Shown piece by piece: positions 51,736 through 64,000 of a stretch of DNA of 64,000 nucleotides (its first letter is position 1; the number at the start of each line of letters is the position of its first letter). The stretch covers positions 223,636,001 to 223,700,000 of the forward strand of contig NC_058368.1 in assembly GCF_018350175.1 (NCBI RefSeq), given 5' to 3'. Source of the stretch: Felis catus. Taxonomy: Eukaryota. Made by a program: the position numbers and the translations under genes. The notes beneath the pieces are model-generated. The model made no database searches, was not told the DNA's origin, and was given only the letters and a program-made list of their open reading frames with translations.

Positions 51736-53434
51736 ATTAAAGCATATTGAAGTGTGGCCCAAAGAATAATATACCCAAGTTCCTGCCTAAAAAGTGACTT
51801 ACTCTTCTGATATTTCTTACTTTGTGTTAAGGTTTGCCTGGTATATTCCTATAAAATGAGTAATTACTCTCCTACTCTTGGCCCAACCCCTGCTTTTCCC
51901 ATTCCTAAGATATTCTTATTTCTAGAGGGCTGCTGGTCTGAGTGGTGACATTTCTCTTGCTTATCAAATTGGCTGAATTTAGTCTGGTTAAAAAAAGTTG
52001 GTTGGTGGGGGGACTTATTTTCAAATCTTCTGAAATCTCTTAAGATGTCCTTGCAGTATAATTCCTTTTTACATAAGTTGTATGAAAATTCACTTTCAAA
52101 AGAAACAAAAAATGATCTACCAAGTAGCAAATGAGGGCCTCAAGTACTCAAATTGTGGCCTCCAAATACTACTTTCCACCAAAAGGAAATGAGGCTGCTT
52201 AGAAATCCTTTCTTGGAAAGAAAACTGTAAAACAAATCTACTAAAGTGCTATAAAATAGGCTTGAGGTCCAACCTGAAAAGACCAAATAGCCAAATAATA
52301 GGTGATGAGAAAAAAATTTCTACAAATTCTTTCAGCCTAAAGAGAGGGAAAAAAATGGTATGAAAATGTCAGAATTATGCAACCTTGGATCAGTTCAATA
52401 GATAAATCATCAATAGTTGCTAACTTCACCAAAAGAAATATACCCACCCATCATATCCCTCCTGTTTGAAACAAAGTTGTATGAACGAGTCTTGCCAAGA
52501 AAAGAAATCATGACAAAATCTGAACAAGCCTATAAATGGGACACAATTTACAGGAAGAAGAGAAGACGATTTTATTTACCTTATGTGATAATGATTTTTT
52601 GAACAATATATTTCATCTCTAAATCTATAAATCTATATTTTTATCTATATCTATCTATCTATCATCTATCTATCTTTCTATCTAATATGTATTTTTCTCC
52701 TTATTTTATATTCCTGGCAATCAGCAAGTGGGGTAAGAATCCTAGATAGTCTGATTTCTAATGCAATTACAAGATCATCTCATTATGTTTTTATTCATAT
52801 AAAACATATTAGTAGTAGTTCATATTAGTAGTATTTTATTTGTTTGAAAGTTCATAGTTAATGGATGTGCATCATTAATGTGAATAAACATACAAAAGTT
52901 GTAATACTCATTAAGCTGTTTACATCCTCTGTAACACAGACACATGCACACACACATTTTCCATTGTGCTAGTGTAATCACTGTACTTATAAATTCTGAA
53001 CACATTACTATTTCCAATATAAAAAATGGCTTCTGATATATTGATTATATATATATATTGATTATAAATATATATATATATATATTTAGCTTGTTATAAA
53101 AATAATCTTGCATAGCTATTACATTAAATACTTTATTATTCTACTAATACTTATTTTCAGAACTAGGATATTGTATATCAGGCAATAATTTTATAGGCTG
53201 ACTAGTATCTAAAGAAGAAATACATTTTCATCATTATTTTTAATTCAAAATTCCTATTAAAGAGAAACAACAGGTTTAATATAAATTTTCTGTCTATCCA
53301 GTACAAAGTATTTTCACTCAGAATTTTACAGGCCAGAGGTAGCGAGGAATCTTCAGAATAACAAACCATTCATAGGCAAAGAAAATTTCGACATGGAATT
53401 TCTTAATATAGAGTATGATGCATCTATAAAGGTA

Positions 53435-53462
53435 TTTATCTATCTATATCTATCTATCTATC

Positions 53463-53495
<33 letters not shown>
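53435..53495. repeat. (TATC)n microsatellite
   Basis: Read directly from the sequence; a similar degenerate tract lies at about 52620-52685. Confidence 0.93.
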
Positions 53496-53496
<1 letters not shown>

Positions 53497-55014
53497 TCTG
53501 TTTGCATTAGTACTGTGTATATGCAGGCTGAAATGATAGAATATGATGGCTATGCATTTACATGACCCCCTCTACTACCACAAACAAACATATGTATCAA
53601 AATTGTATGCAGATTAATAGAAAGACATGGGTTATTGGATTCTTATTTAACTGCTTTTGAAAGCTACGTCTGCTTCCTGCAGGGTCTAAGGTATGGAGAC
53701 AGTTAAATAATAAGCCTTCCATCTTCTTAATAGTGAAATGTACTACAAGTAATATACAGTGTGGTTCTTTTATCAAGTCTATGTTCAATGTTTCAATGTG
53801 GAATTCTTTCATTTCTAGTGTCATTTGAAGTGTTTTGTTTCAACCTTGTTCGAAGTCATTCTTGTCCAGTACTTTATGTTCTGTTCTTCCATGTGCTACA
53901 CTGCTAGAGCAATTCAGAATTAAATGATTTCCTCCAACCCTTCCCTCTATATTAAAGAAAAACAATAGTTTCTTGAAATTCCTCAGTTGCTATCACAAAT
54001 GTTTTTCTGTTGCGCATTACTTTTAAATGTTTTTGCTCTAGATATGAGTAAACATATGATGAATTTGCTATCTACGTATTGTGAATGACCTTGCTAGCTC
54101 TCCGTGGGTGAAGCCTCAGAATTCACAATCCATCAGAATTACCAAAGGGCTACAAGGCTTTATAAACACTGCAAGATTTCTTCCAGTGAGAAAGCAAATT
54201 TATACTGAGTAAAACCTGAAAAAAGTCATCTTTGTATTCCTCATAGATATCCCCGTGGTTCCAGCAACTGGGGATCTATTGGTTAACCGTTTTTTTTACC
54301 CACTACATGTAGGCAACAGCAGTTCCATAATGATAAAGAGTCTCAAATTATCTTTTTATTGACTGTAATTACCACAATTATAGTAAAGCCTACGGACAAC
54401 TGGAGATATATAATTACAACACATTTGTACTTAAAAATGGAGTTCCAATACTTAAAGATCAGTATTTAGTGGGAACCACTCTGAAATAAACCGCCACAAG
54501 TGGATTTATGCTAAATTATCCACAAAACTACCAGATGGTTAAAGATGTTTCAATTTTATTTTACAGAATATCAAGTGTAACACATCCAAATGGCACAGCC
54601 AAATTTAGAAGGAAACCGAATCCATGTTCAAGACTTTCAAAGTAATGCTTAGTCAGTTTTACAATACCTTGAAATCGATGTTGTTCAACTGGATGAATTT
54701 TATGTGAAAAGATTTAATCAGTTATATAAATAGTTCAAATTCATAAGGCTGAATTCCAAACCCGTTGTTCTTCCAACAACCTATTGAATTTAACTAAATT
54801 TTCCAATAGACATATTAGGAATTCTAGAGATTCTGTCTGGAGGATGCATTTGCTTCAGAATTTGTTCCATTCTCTAATCAAGTAATAAAAAGGCAAGTCA
54901 GGCATGGATTATAGCAGCTTAATTCAAAAGCAAAAGATACAGTATGGTTTTGTCATTCCAAAATGAACAAATCCATTAGGATTTGTAGTTCCTCAATGAA
55001 AGAAATACATTGAA

Positions 55015-55417
55015 CAACCAACCCTTGAACAACATCGGTTTGAACAGTGCAGGCCCACTTACATATGGATTTTTCTCTGTGCATACAGTACAGTACTGTG
55101 AATATATTTTCCCTTTCTTGTGGTTTTCTTAATAGCATTTCCTTTTCTCTAGCTTACTTTATTCTAAGAACCCAGTACATAATGCATATAATATACCAAA
55201 TATCTGTTATATATCTGTTATTATATAATATATATATTATATATATAATGCATTTAATATACCAAATATCTGTTAATCAGCTTATCAGTTTATGTTATCA
55301 ATAATGCTTTTAGTCAAATGGGCTATTCAGTTTTGCGGGATCCAAAAGTTATATATGGATTTTTGACTGTGAAGGGGGTCAGCACCCCTACTGCCTGCAT
55401 TGGTTAGGAGTCAACTG
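55015..55417. mobile_element. Tigger2-family (Tc1/mariner) non-autonomous fossil
   Basis: TIR-like 'acccttgaacaacatcggtttgaac' and 'gtcaactg' followed by TA; typical internal 'ttttctctagcttactttatt'. Confidence 0.8.
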
Positions 55418-55681
55418 TATCTCCAAGGCGATCAAAGGTTAGATTTCACACATATTCATTACCTGTATTCTTTCACTTAGGATCATGCCAAATTTCTGTG
55501 TATTAGACATAAATGATTGTGACTGGATCATGACAAATTATTTTTACTAAGTATTTTAGTTTGAAGCTATTTTGGGGTAAAATAGCTTCTCTTCTATCGG
55601 ACCCATTTGATAGTATATCTAGTAATGGCCAATCACTTTCATAGTTTCGCCTATTGCAGAGCATATGCAAAAAACTATATA

Positions 55682-55890
55682 GGGGTGCCTGGGTGTCTCA
55701 TTTGGTTAAGGGTCTGACTTCGGCTCAGGTCATGGTCTCGAGGTTCGTGAGTTCAAACCCTGTGCTGGGCTCTGTGCTGACAGCTCAGAGTCTGGAGCCT
55801 GCTTCAGATTCTCCGTTTCTCTCTTCCCTTCCCCCACCCTGTCTCTTTTTCTCTCTTAAAAATAAATAAACGTTAAAAAAAAAAGAAAGA
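55682..55890 (+). mobile_element. Can-SINE (SINEC)
   Basis: Consensus head, body and tail. Confidence 0.93.
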
Positions 55891-58800
55891 AAGCTACATA
55901 GAAAAGGAGGATGTCCATAAAAGTACAGGATCCAAGAATTTGCTGTGTTACACCAACACCTCTCACAACATGTATCTACTCTCCATTTTACTCATCTTTC
56001 CCCACTCCCAAACCACCCTACTACCCAGAGCTTCATTTCAGTAAGTTTGCCTTTTGTTCCTGCTCTATCTATTTACTGGAGTCTTTTCCGACTATATAAT
56101 TCCTCGGTTTTCTCTCTACTGAATTTGGTGTCCTTTCTAATTTAAGCACAGCATGACTGATTTGGGCTTAGACATTAAGAACTTGTTTTTAATTTCTCCT
56201 CCATTTCTAATAAGTAGTATTTTCTCTTAACCGATCTGCATGGCACAGGCAAAGCTATGTATGTTTACATTCAGCTACTTTTCAGTGCTGCACAAAGTGG
56301 GGGAAATAAGTCAAATTACATGTTAGAGAATAATGTGTTTTTCCTCAGTTTGAAACCACAGAGCTAGTTAAGGCAGTGTTTTCCTCCCAATATGCTTGTG
56401 GCAATGTTTTGCTTCTATTTGGGATTTTAGCACTGGCGAAAAATAGTTGAAGACATTAGAATCATCTTGTTAAAATGACTACACAGCATTCTTTGCCAAG
56501 CACTTATTTTAGGAATTTAAGACGTATTAAGAGGTCACTCATGGATTTTACTATGTGCATGCTTCTGGAATTTAGTTAAGTTCCCGAGTATCTAAATTGA
56601 GAGAAAATCCTCCCACTACCTTTTAACATGGCTTAATACTATAAATACACTATGCACTATGACAGAAATAAGATGTTTTAAAACAACACATTCTTAAGGA
56701 CATTGGCTAGGTTCTTTTCCCGTTCTGAGCAATATTGGAATCTTAATAAAGATGATGAATTAAGGGATAATTGCTACAGAACTTAGGATAGTTCTGGCTT
56801 CTGAATAGATAATAAAAGTTCAATACATATTTGTAGAATAGATAAATTAAAGAGCTTCGTAATGCAAGTGAATAACCATTTAAATAATAGCACAAAATCA
56901 GAATCATATAGAAGTTGTTTACATGAAAGAAAACACAATTATATACCAGTTTTGTATAAAGTGAGTTTAATTTTTAACAGCCAAACCCCCTGTACAGTTA
57001 GTAAAAATCATTTAAAAAGGGTATTTTATTCCCCTTTTTAGTCATTTTGTACAGTATTAATCAAATTCTGATGCATCGTCTAATGTTCTTGTCCAGCAGC
57101 AATCTCCATCAGACTGGCCAGTTGAATTTAGTGTCAGGATTTTAGATCTCAGCCACCAAAATTTTTCAATTCCTACTTGCTCAAGCAGTGAATTTTATTA
57201 ACGCTTTCTAGAACGCACACCGTTCTGGCCTTTAAGAAACTACGTCCTCTAAAATGCATGATTCCTTTTCTGTGGAAATCCCTTTTTCTGTTCTCTTCTC
57301 CTGAACTTCTCCCTCAATGTCTACTTTTCTTCAGTATCCTCAAGCCTACTTGAATTGTGAGATAATTTAATTCCCCCTTTGGTGGGGAAAGAAAGATACA
57401 TTGCAAGGATGAATGTGACTTGATTTAAAAATGAAAAGAACTTAGCTTCTTCTCAGACATCAGCACTTTCTCCCCCCAAATCCCAACCAATATCTCACAC
57501 CACGCAGGTTACAATTTTAATAGGTAACCACATCAGTCATTTGTCAAACTGCATTACAGGTTGAACTGTGTGTGTAATTAGTTATATAAATAGTTATGTG
57601 TGAACCTACGTGGTTTTATATATACACACACATACATATCTATATGCATATACATGCATAAACACATACACACATACATATATATGCATATATATAGATA
57701 TATATTTATATCTATATATATGATATCTATGGTTACTAATAAATAGAAATAACTGCATGCCTACATGAAAATACTTATTCATTCTTGATCATGATTTTAT
57801 TGCAATCTATTAAAGTTGTATGCGTAGCTAGTAAGACTTGGAGTTATAATAGCAAGTGTATTGACATTTGAAGCCTCTGATACAGTGTCCCCCAGCCTCC
57901 TTGCCTTGAATTTGTATCTTTCATAAAAGACTTTTACTGAAGAAAAAATGGTGGGAACAGGGGACTACATCCAAGTGCCTGTGACATGTTTCCTGATTGA
58001 ATCCTCTCATAAGAAAGGCCGTGCTTCGGTTTTGAACTTGTTGAGCCTTCCTTGAAGAGAGAACTAAAGAGGAGAAAACATAGTTTTTTCCTTGCCACAT
58101 TTTTCCTCAAGCAATTCTTCCAGCTGGAGGCCCAGTTCCACAGACCTCTCATATTTTGCAAGGAGTCGTTTCAAACAGCTTTTTACATTTTATTTGATGT
58201 TATACCACACGTTGCTACTTTCCTTTAGTTGCAGTATTTTCCCAAACCTCCAACTATTCAGAAGACTACTGATCTCACTGGGTACCATGAGAGATTTTCC
58301 ATCAAATGTTGCCTTTGATCTGCAGGGAAAAGTGGAAAGTTAATAACTGTTTGAAACTATATTATCTGACATTGTGGAAGTCAATGCTTATCTTTCTATC
58401 AAATGCTGCCTTTCCAAAGAGTGAGCACGGCTTCGCAAAGCTGGTATTCTACTCACCCGCATGACATGGGGATAGTTTTTAAGTAATTCTGAATTTCAGT
58501 TTTCTCATCTGGAAAGGGGAGTGACAGATTAATTGCAATTAGTGTAAGCATTTGAGGGTATTCCTTTGATGGGTCATCAAGAGTAGAGAATCCACAGATA
58601 ATGCTACCTGAAAACTCCTGAGTTCTTGGCTCTTGTCACCGATTCCAGGTGGAGCCCAGGATGAGGGGTGGGAAACACAGACCGAGCAGTGGTTCTACAG
58701 GTCTCTTCTTCTCTTACTCCTCTTTGTGTTGTTGTGGTTTTGTGTTGTTGTGTTATGCCTGTCATGTTTTTCTGGGTAACGTTTTGTTGCCTTTTCCAGT

Positions 58801-60059
58801 TTTGTTAAATATACTATCTTAGTTTATTTTACTTCTATTATCTTACCCAGGTGACATATTTCCTCCTGCATAATTCATCCCCTCCCTAGACAGTCCCTCT
58901 AGTACATTTTGCCCATTCAGCACAGAAGCTCTTCCATAATGAAGTTGTCTGTGGTGCTTTATTATATCTTAAATAAGAAAGACCCGGAAAGATACTTCAA
59001 ACATGGAAGAACTAAGAAAACAACTTATTGAGGAAGGAAAGTAATTGACACGATGAAGTAAGAGGCTAGTCAGTATACCAATTAATCAGGAATTAATCAG
59101 GAAAGATCTTAAAAGGGAGAGGAAGGAAAGAATGCCAAAAAGTGAACAAAAACTGAAGTACTTGCAGTTAAACCTAAATAAATTGTATAAAGTTTAAGCT
59201 GAAATCTAAGAATTATAAGAAAGAAAACAAATTAAAAACATGGTTTTAGCTTACAAATATAACCACTAATTATTCTAACACAGGAAAGAATGTGACTCGG
59301 GAACCAGAAGTAGAAGTTACCAAAGATCTTATCTTGGCAGGCATGATTCGTATTTAATTTAGCATTTTGATTAAAAAAAATATATAAAACTACCACATAT
59401 GAGCAATGGAGAAGGCACAGACATTTTAAAATTGCTTGCAAGAGCAAGAGTAACATAGGGGAAAGGGAATAGTAACAATAAAGAAAGCATAGTAAATAGT
59501 AAACATCCTATAAATATCAAGTAGGAATGGGATTGGGGGGAATAGACCAGTCATAACCATAAATAAGTTTTGCTTTTGATTATGTAACAATCACAACCTT
59601 CAAAAACAAAAACAAAAACAAAAAACAAAACTAGATGCTATGTAAAACAAATCTATCTTAAACAGAAAGATAGGGAAACAATGTAGCAGGTGAAAAGAGA
59701 GTGGTAGCTGTAGGCAAATATTTTGAAATGGAAGAACCTCCAGACACCAGCTTGCTACTAGAAAAGGCAATGAGTAGTTTTGCACCATTGGTGTTATAGA
59801 AAAAATACATACATATAGATATTCACACATAATACACTTATGTCAACTTTTAAATACCAAGGCATATACATAAATAAATTCAAGAAATAAAAAGTTCGGT
59901 ATTGATGTATCTTAAGCTGCTTGCAGAAATACAAGAAGAAGACGGGTGATAGGTATCACCATTATTGCTCTAGACACAACTCTATTCTTATTTCTACAAC
60001 TAGTATGCAGATGTGTATTACTTTCACATTTCAAAAAGTTCATTTAAACAAGAGATCTT

Positions 60060-60265
60060 GGGGTGTCTGGGTGGCTCAGTCAGTTAAGCGTCCAACTCTC
60101 GATCTTGGCTCAGGACATGATCTCACGGTTTGTGAGTTCAAGCCCATGACGGGCTCTGTACTGATAGCATGGAGTCTGTTTGGGATTCTCTCTCCATCTC
60201 TCTCTCTGTCCCTCCACAGCTCACACTTTCTCCTTCTCCCAAAAATAAATAAATAAATGAATGAA
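60060..60265 (+). mobile_element. Can-SINE (SINEC)
   Basis: Consensus head, body and tail. Confidence 0.92.
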
Positions 60266-60736
60266 CCAAAGAGGTATTTAAGGACTGTGACACTGTTGGA
60301 ATTTATTGTTAGGTAATGGTCTGATCGGATAATGCGCATTGTGTAATTGCAATGTCCTTTCAGTTTGGTTTGATATAATTTAAAATGATATACACAACAC
60401 AAGTAGAAGCTCACTCTTATGTATTGTGCCCTTCTTGTTACTTGCTAGTTTTGAGGAATAATCTTATGATATATTTAAACACTTGTCAGTTACCCATGTA
60501 GATGCCTATAAAGACTTTGAGGAATATAGGCATTAATCTCATTGGTCTCAAATGGTATAAATGAGGTAGAAACTGTGGGACAAATTCTTTGGTTGTGCTG
60601 GAGTACTTTCCAATGCTTCTCTGATATCTTCCATTGAGAAGGGCACACAAATATTGTATTGTCACAGTCCAGAATAAAGAGCCATTTGGATTAAACAGAA
60701 ACTATAGTAAACAAAATCATTAAAAAACTTGAAACA

Positions 60737-60938
60737 GGGGAGCCTGGGTGGCTCAGTTAAGTGTCCAACTCTTGATTTCAGCTCAGGTCATGATCTCATG
60801 GTTCATGTGATTGAGCCCAGTGTTAGGCTCTGTGCTGATAGCAGCAGAGCCTGCTTGAGATTCTTGTTCTCTCCTTCTCTCTGCCCCTCCCCCCCCACTC
60901 ACGCCCTCTCTCTCTGAACTAAGTAAATAAACTTAAAA
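60737..60938 (+). mobile_element. Can-SINE (SINEC)
   Basis: Consensus; TSD aaaaaacttgaaaca / aaaaatcttggaaca. Confidence 0.92.
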
Positions 60939-61789
60939 AAATCTTGGAACAGAAGTTGAATACTTCAGCTATGAATGAAAACTCACTTAAAATAGAAAAG
61001 AAAAACATGGTGGAATACAAAGAGCTATGAAAGTTTTGAAAATGGACCTAATTTACAAACAGAAAATAAGTTTCTGTTCATATGTTTACTGAATAAAACA
61101 TGATCTATTATTAATATAATGTATGTTCAATTATTTCATTTATAATAATTATATTATTTACAAACCTTGTTTTTTTTTTCTCCAGAAGAGTGAAAGCATT
61201 ATGCAAAATCCATGCACTAGATCAAGACCAAAAAAGTAGTAAGACAAATACGGATCAAGGAAAGGAGACCAATGAAAGATCAATAGAATAGAGAAATACA
61301 GAGAGAAATTTTAGTAAGTGGTCCATATATTGCTGTAAATAGTTCAGACTCAAATCTATTATATAATTGTACTTTCCAAAAGTCAATAAAGTACAAAATC
61401 ACCATTGGTCATGTGAATTAAATTTTCCATAAATAAAGAAAAAAAATCTATCATGTATTTATTTTAAGACCATAAATATCCTTAACAGTGAGAACTCTAA
61501 TTTTTGCCTTAGGTGGGTCTTGAGCTGCATCAATAGATACCATTGTGTAATTAGTAACTAATCCAGAAACTCTTTGTAGTAAATATGACAAGGATTTGTA
61601 TATTTGTGTCTAAAATTCCCTCTGTGAGGAATTATGCCATAGAGTCAAAACACATTCTAGGAAAAGTTGTGTTTATGGTGGAAATGTTTCCGTGGCTGGA
61701 ATGTGAAGGATGTCAACCTGGCATGGGGTGTGGTTCAAGTACACAGCCTGTGGTTTGACCCCATCCTTATTTAGCTTTTCTTCTATAAA

Positions 61790-62186
61790 CATTACTGAGT
61801 TCAGTGTGTCTCTGAAACCTCATATGTTGAAGTCTTAAAACTCAGTATCTCAGAATGTGAACTTGAAATAGGGTCATTGCAGATATAGTCATTTAAAATG
61901 TTATTATTGTGGGTGGGCCTTAATCAACTATGACTGGTATCCTGAAAAGGAGAAATTTGGACACGGACACAGATACACATAGAGAGAAGACAATTTGAGG
62001 AGACAGAGAGAATACCATGTGATGATGAAGGCAGATGAGTTGATGTTTCTACAAGTCAAGAAACCAATCTTGATAACACTTTGATCTTGTCCTTCTAGCC
62101 CTCAGAGCTGTGAGACAATACAGTTCTGTTGTGTAAGTCACCCAGTTTGTAGTAGTTTGTTACAACAACTCTAGGAAAATAATACA
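61790..62186 (+). mobile_element. MaLR solo LTR (MLT1B/C-like)
   Basis: 'catatgttgaagtc...cagaatgtga...aaatagggtcattgcagat...tgactggtatcct...gctgtgagacaata...ctaggaaaataataca'. Confidence 0.85.
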
Positions 62187-62324
62187 ACCATGCTTTTGAT
62201 AAATATTGTGTTGCTGTGTTTTTGAGGTCGTGTTGCTGTGTTTTTGAGGATGTAAATTCTGAGACATACCTAGAGATGAGTGTTCTGTGTTGCAAGATAA
62301 TTCCCTGTGTTTTATCTTTCTGCA

Positions 62325-62456
62325 ACCCTACTGATATGCTTTACTAGGGCAAGTATTTTCGTCTTTTTATTTGTTGATATAATCCAAGAGACCTGAATGG
62401 TATGTTTGGCATATGGTTGACACTCAATAGATATTTGTTGCATGAATGACTGAATC
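62325..62456 (+). mobile_element. L2 3' end fragment
   Basis: 'tggcatatggttgacactcaatagatatttgttgcatgaatga'. Confidence 0.7.
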
Positions 62457-63026
62457 CTCTTATGAGAGTTGAAGGATCTAACCATTACTTCTCCATGAGT
62501 AGACTGCTATTCAACCATATCACAGATGTAGACCAAGGGAATACTTATCAGCAGTTCCAAAAGATTTCCTCAGCAAATAGTTATGGGTCAGACCCATAAG
62601 GGAAAATATTAAACTGAGCCTCTAAACTCCCATATTAAAGAGAACACCAGAATGCTGTTTCCAAAATTTGTTTCATATCCATCATTGAAACCAGATGTAT
62701 GAAGGAATATTGAGAAATAAAAGCCACAATGGAACATAAGCTTGGAAATTTTCTGCACGTATCTTTGTCTAATCATTTAGAAGATGCCTTTAGATAGAGT
62801 TTTTACTCGTCCATCTCTCCAGAAGCTATAAAAATAATTGGACTTATACATAACCTAGAAAATCTCAAGAGGTACACGTAAAATCAACTGTTGTTACCTC
62901 ATTGCAAAAGAAAAATACGAATGCACCTGACTTTTGCACAACTGCTAAGCAGAAAATAGGGGAAAAAATCCACACATTTAGTTTTTATAATTGTACCGTT
63001 GCAATATAGTGGGGGTAATGAGAGTA

Positions 63027-63532
63027 TAGATGGTTCTTGACTTAACAATGGTAGGGCAAATTGATTTTTCAACTTTGCAGTGGTACAGAAGCAAAAATGA
63101 GATGTATTTAGTAGAAATCATACATCAAATATTGAGTGTGGATCATTTGCCAGGCTAGTGATATGTCATCCAATCCTCTCTCGTGATGCTGGTCGGCAGA
63201 AGACAGTGCTGCGTCCAGTCAGCTACCTGATCAGGAAGGCAAGTGACTGGTACACTTACAACCATCTGTACCCATAAAATCACTCTGTTTCTCACTGTCA
63301 GTACAGTATGAGGTAAATTACATGAAATAGTCAACACTTAAATATAAAAAGGGATTTGAGTTACATAATTGTTGCCAAACTGTGGGCTGATGTAAGTATT
63401 CAGAGCATGCCTAAGTTAGGCTAGGCTCACCTATGTGATTTGTAGGTGTACTAAAGGCATTTTTCATTTAGGGTATTTTCAACTCACGATGGATTTATCA
63501 GGATAACTTCATCTTCAATTGAGGTAGATCTG
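63027..63532 (-). mobile_element. MER47/Tigger5-like DNA transposon fossil
   Basis: Ends 'tagatggttcttgacttaac' and 'ttgaggtagatctg'; internal 'aggctaggct', 'cagtacagtat' and 'ttttcaactcacgatggatttatc' match the recalled MER47 consensus. Confidence 0.75.
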
Positions 63533-63969
63533 CAGTTAATTTGATCTGCCATTATGATCCAGAAAAGGATCTTGAATCAGGGTGAGTGCTGATAGCTCAA
63601 AGTTTTGACTGTAACTCCACTCGACATAAGAAGATGCCTAATGGGAAGGGAAAAAAAAAAATCCCTTGTTTTAGTTGTTCTCAGCCAATTTTCTGATTTG
63701 TTGAGACTATTCCTGATATTCCTGATTTATAGCTTTCTTTACTGAAGCTTCTGTAAGGATCTAGGCTGAATTTGTACAGCTTAATTTCTGTTGGAGACAA
63801 GATCAATGAAGATTAATAGATAATGAGAGGAACATTATGTGATTTTTACTGTGATTAAGTCATAATAAAAAAAATAAAGTGGTCTGAGGTGGAATAGACA
63901 TGTTTAAATCTCATCTATATCTCAATTAAAATAGTATGGTAGTGATGATATTAGAAATGCATTTGACTT

Positions 63970-64000
63970 GGGGCGCCTGGGTGGCGCAGTCGGTTAAGCG
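63970..64000 (+). mobile_element. 5' end of a young Can-SINE, cut by the window edge
   Basis: ggggcgcctgggtggcgcagtcggttaagcg. Confidence 0.93.

Noticed and set aside
575..60917. Recurrent 'GAWVAQSVK' ORF family, and SINE heads as tRNA genes
   Set aside because: These are translations of tRNA-derived Can-SINEs. The bodies carry CT tracts, A tails and TSDs and are not tRNA cloverleafs.
1..64000. CRISPR array, operon or other novel multi-gene system
   Set aside because: This is mammalian intron and intergenic DNA. There is no regularly spaced repeat-spacer array and no unexplained long ORF; all direct repeats are TSDs, two-copy duplications or microsatellites.

Overview
Mammalian genomic DNA, almost certainly from a felid, judged from about 24 Can-SINEs that include young SINEC_Fc-type copies and from carnivore L1. 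The window holds the 3' end of a type II classical cadherin gene on the + strand, recognised as CDH18. Its penultimate coding exon is at 15617-15868 and its terminal coding exon at 23621-24111, followed by a 3' UTR with several candidate poly(A) signals. Bases 1-15616 are intron; no upstream cadherin exon was seen. About 26-64 kb is AT-rich intergenic DNA filled with SINEs, L1/L2/MIR remnants, solo LTRs, MER/Tigger DNA-transposon fossils and microsatellites. Apart from the two CDH18 exons and broken L1 ORF2 pieces, the supplied ORFs look spurious. I found no credible new biological system. The best second-look items are modest: a poly(A)-only retrotransposition scar, closely spaced inverted SINE pairs in the CDH18 pre-mRNA, a possible tail-less CDH18 read-through isoform, an intronic T-box/ARE motif cluster, very young SINEs and a nested TE stack. 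Repeat family names come from recalled consensus sequences and boundaries are approximate unless a TSD is quoted.
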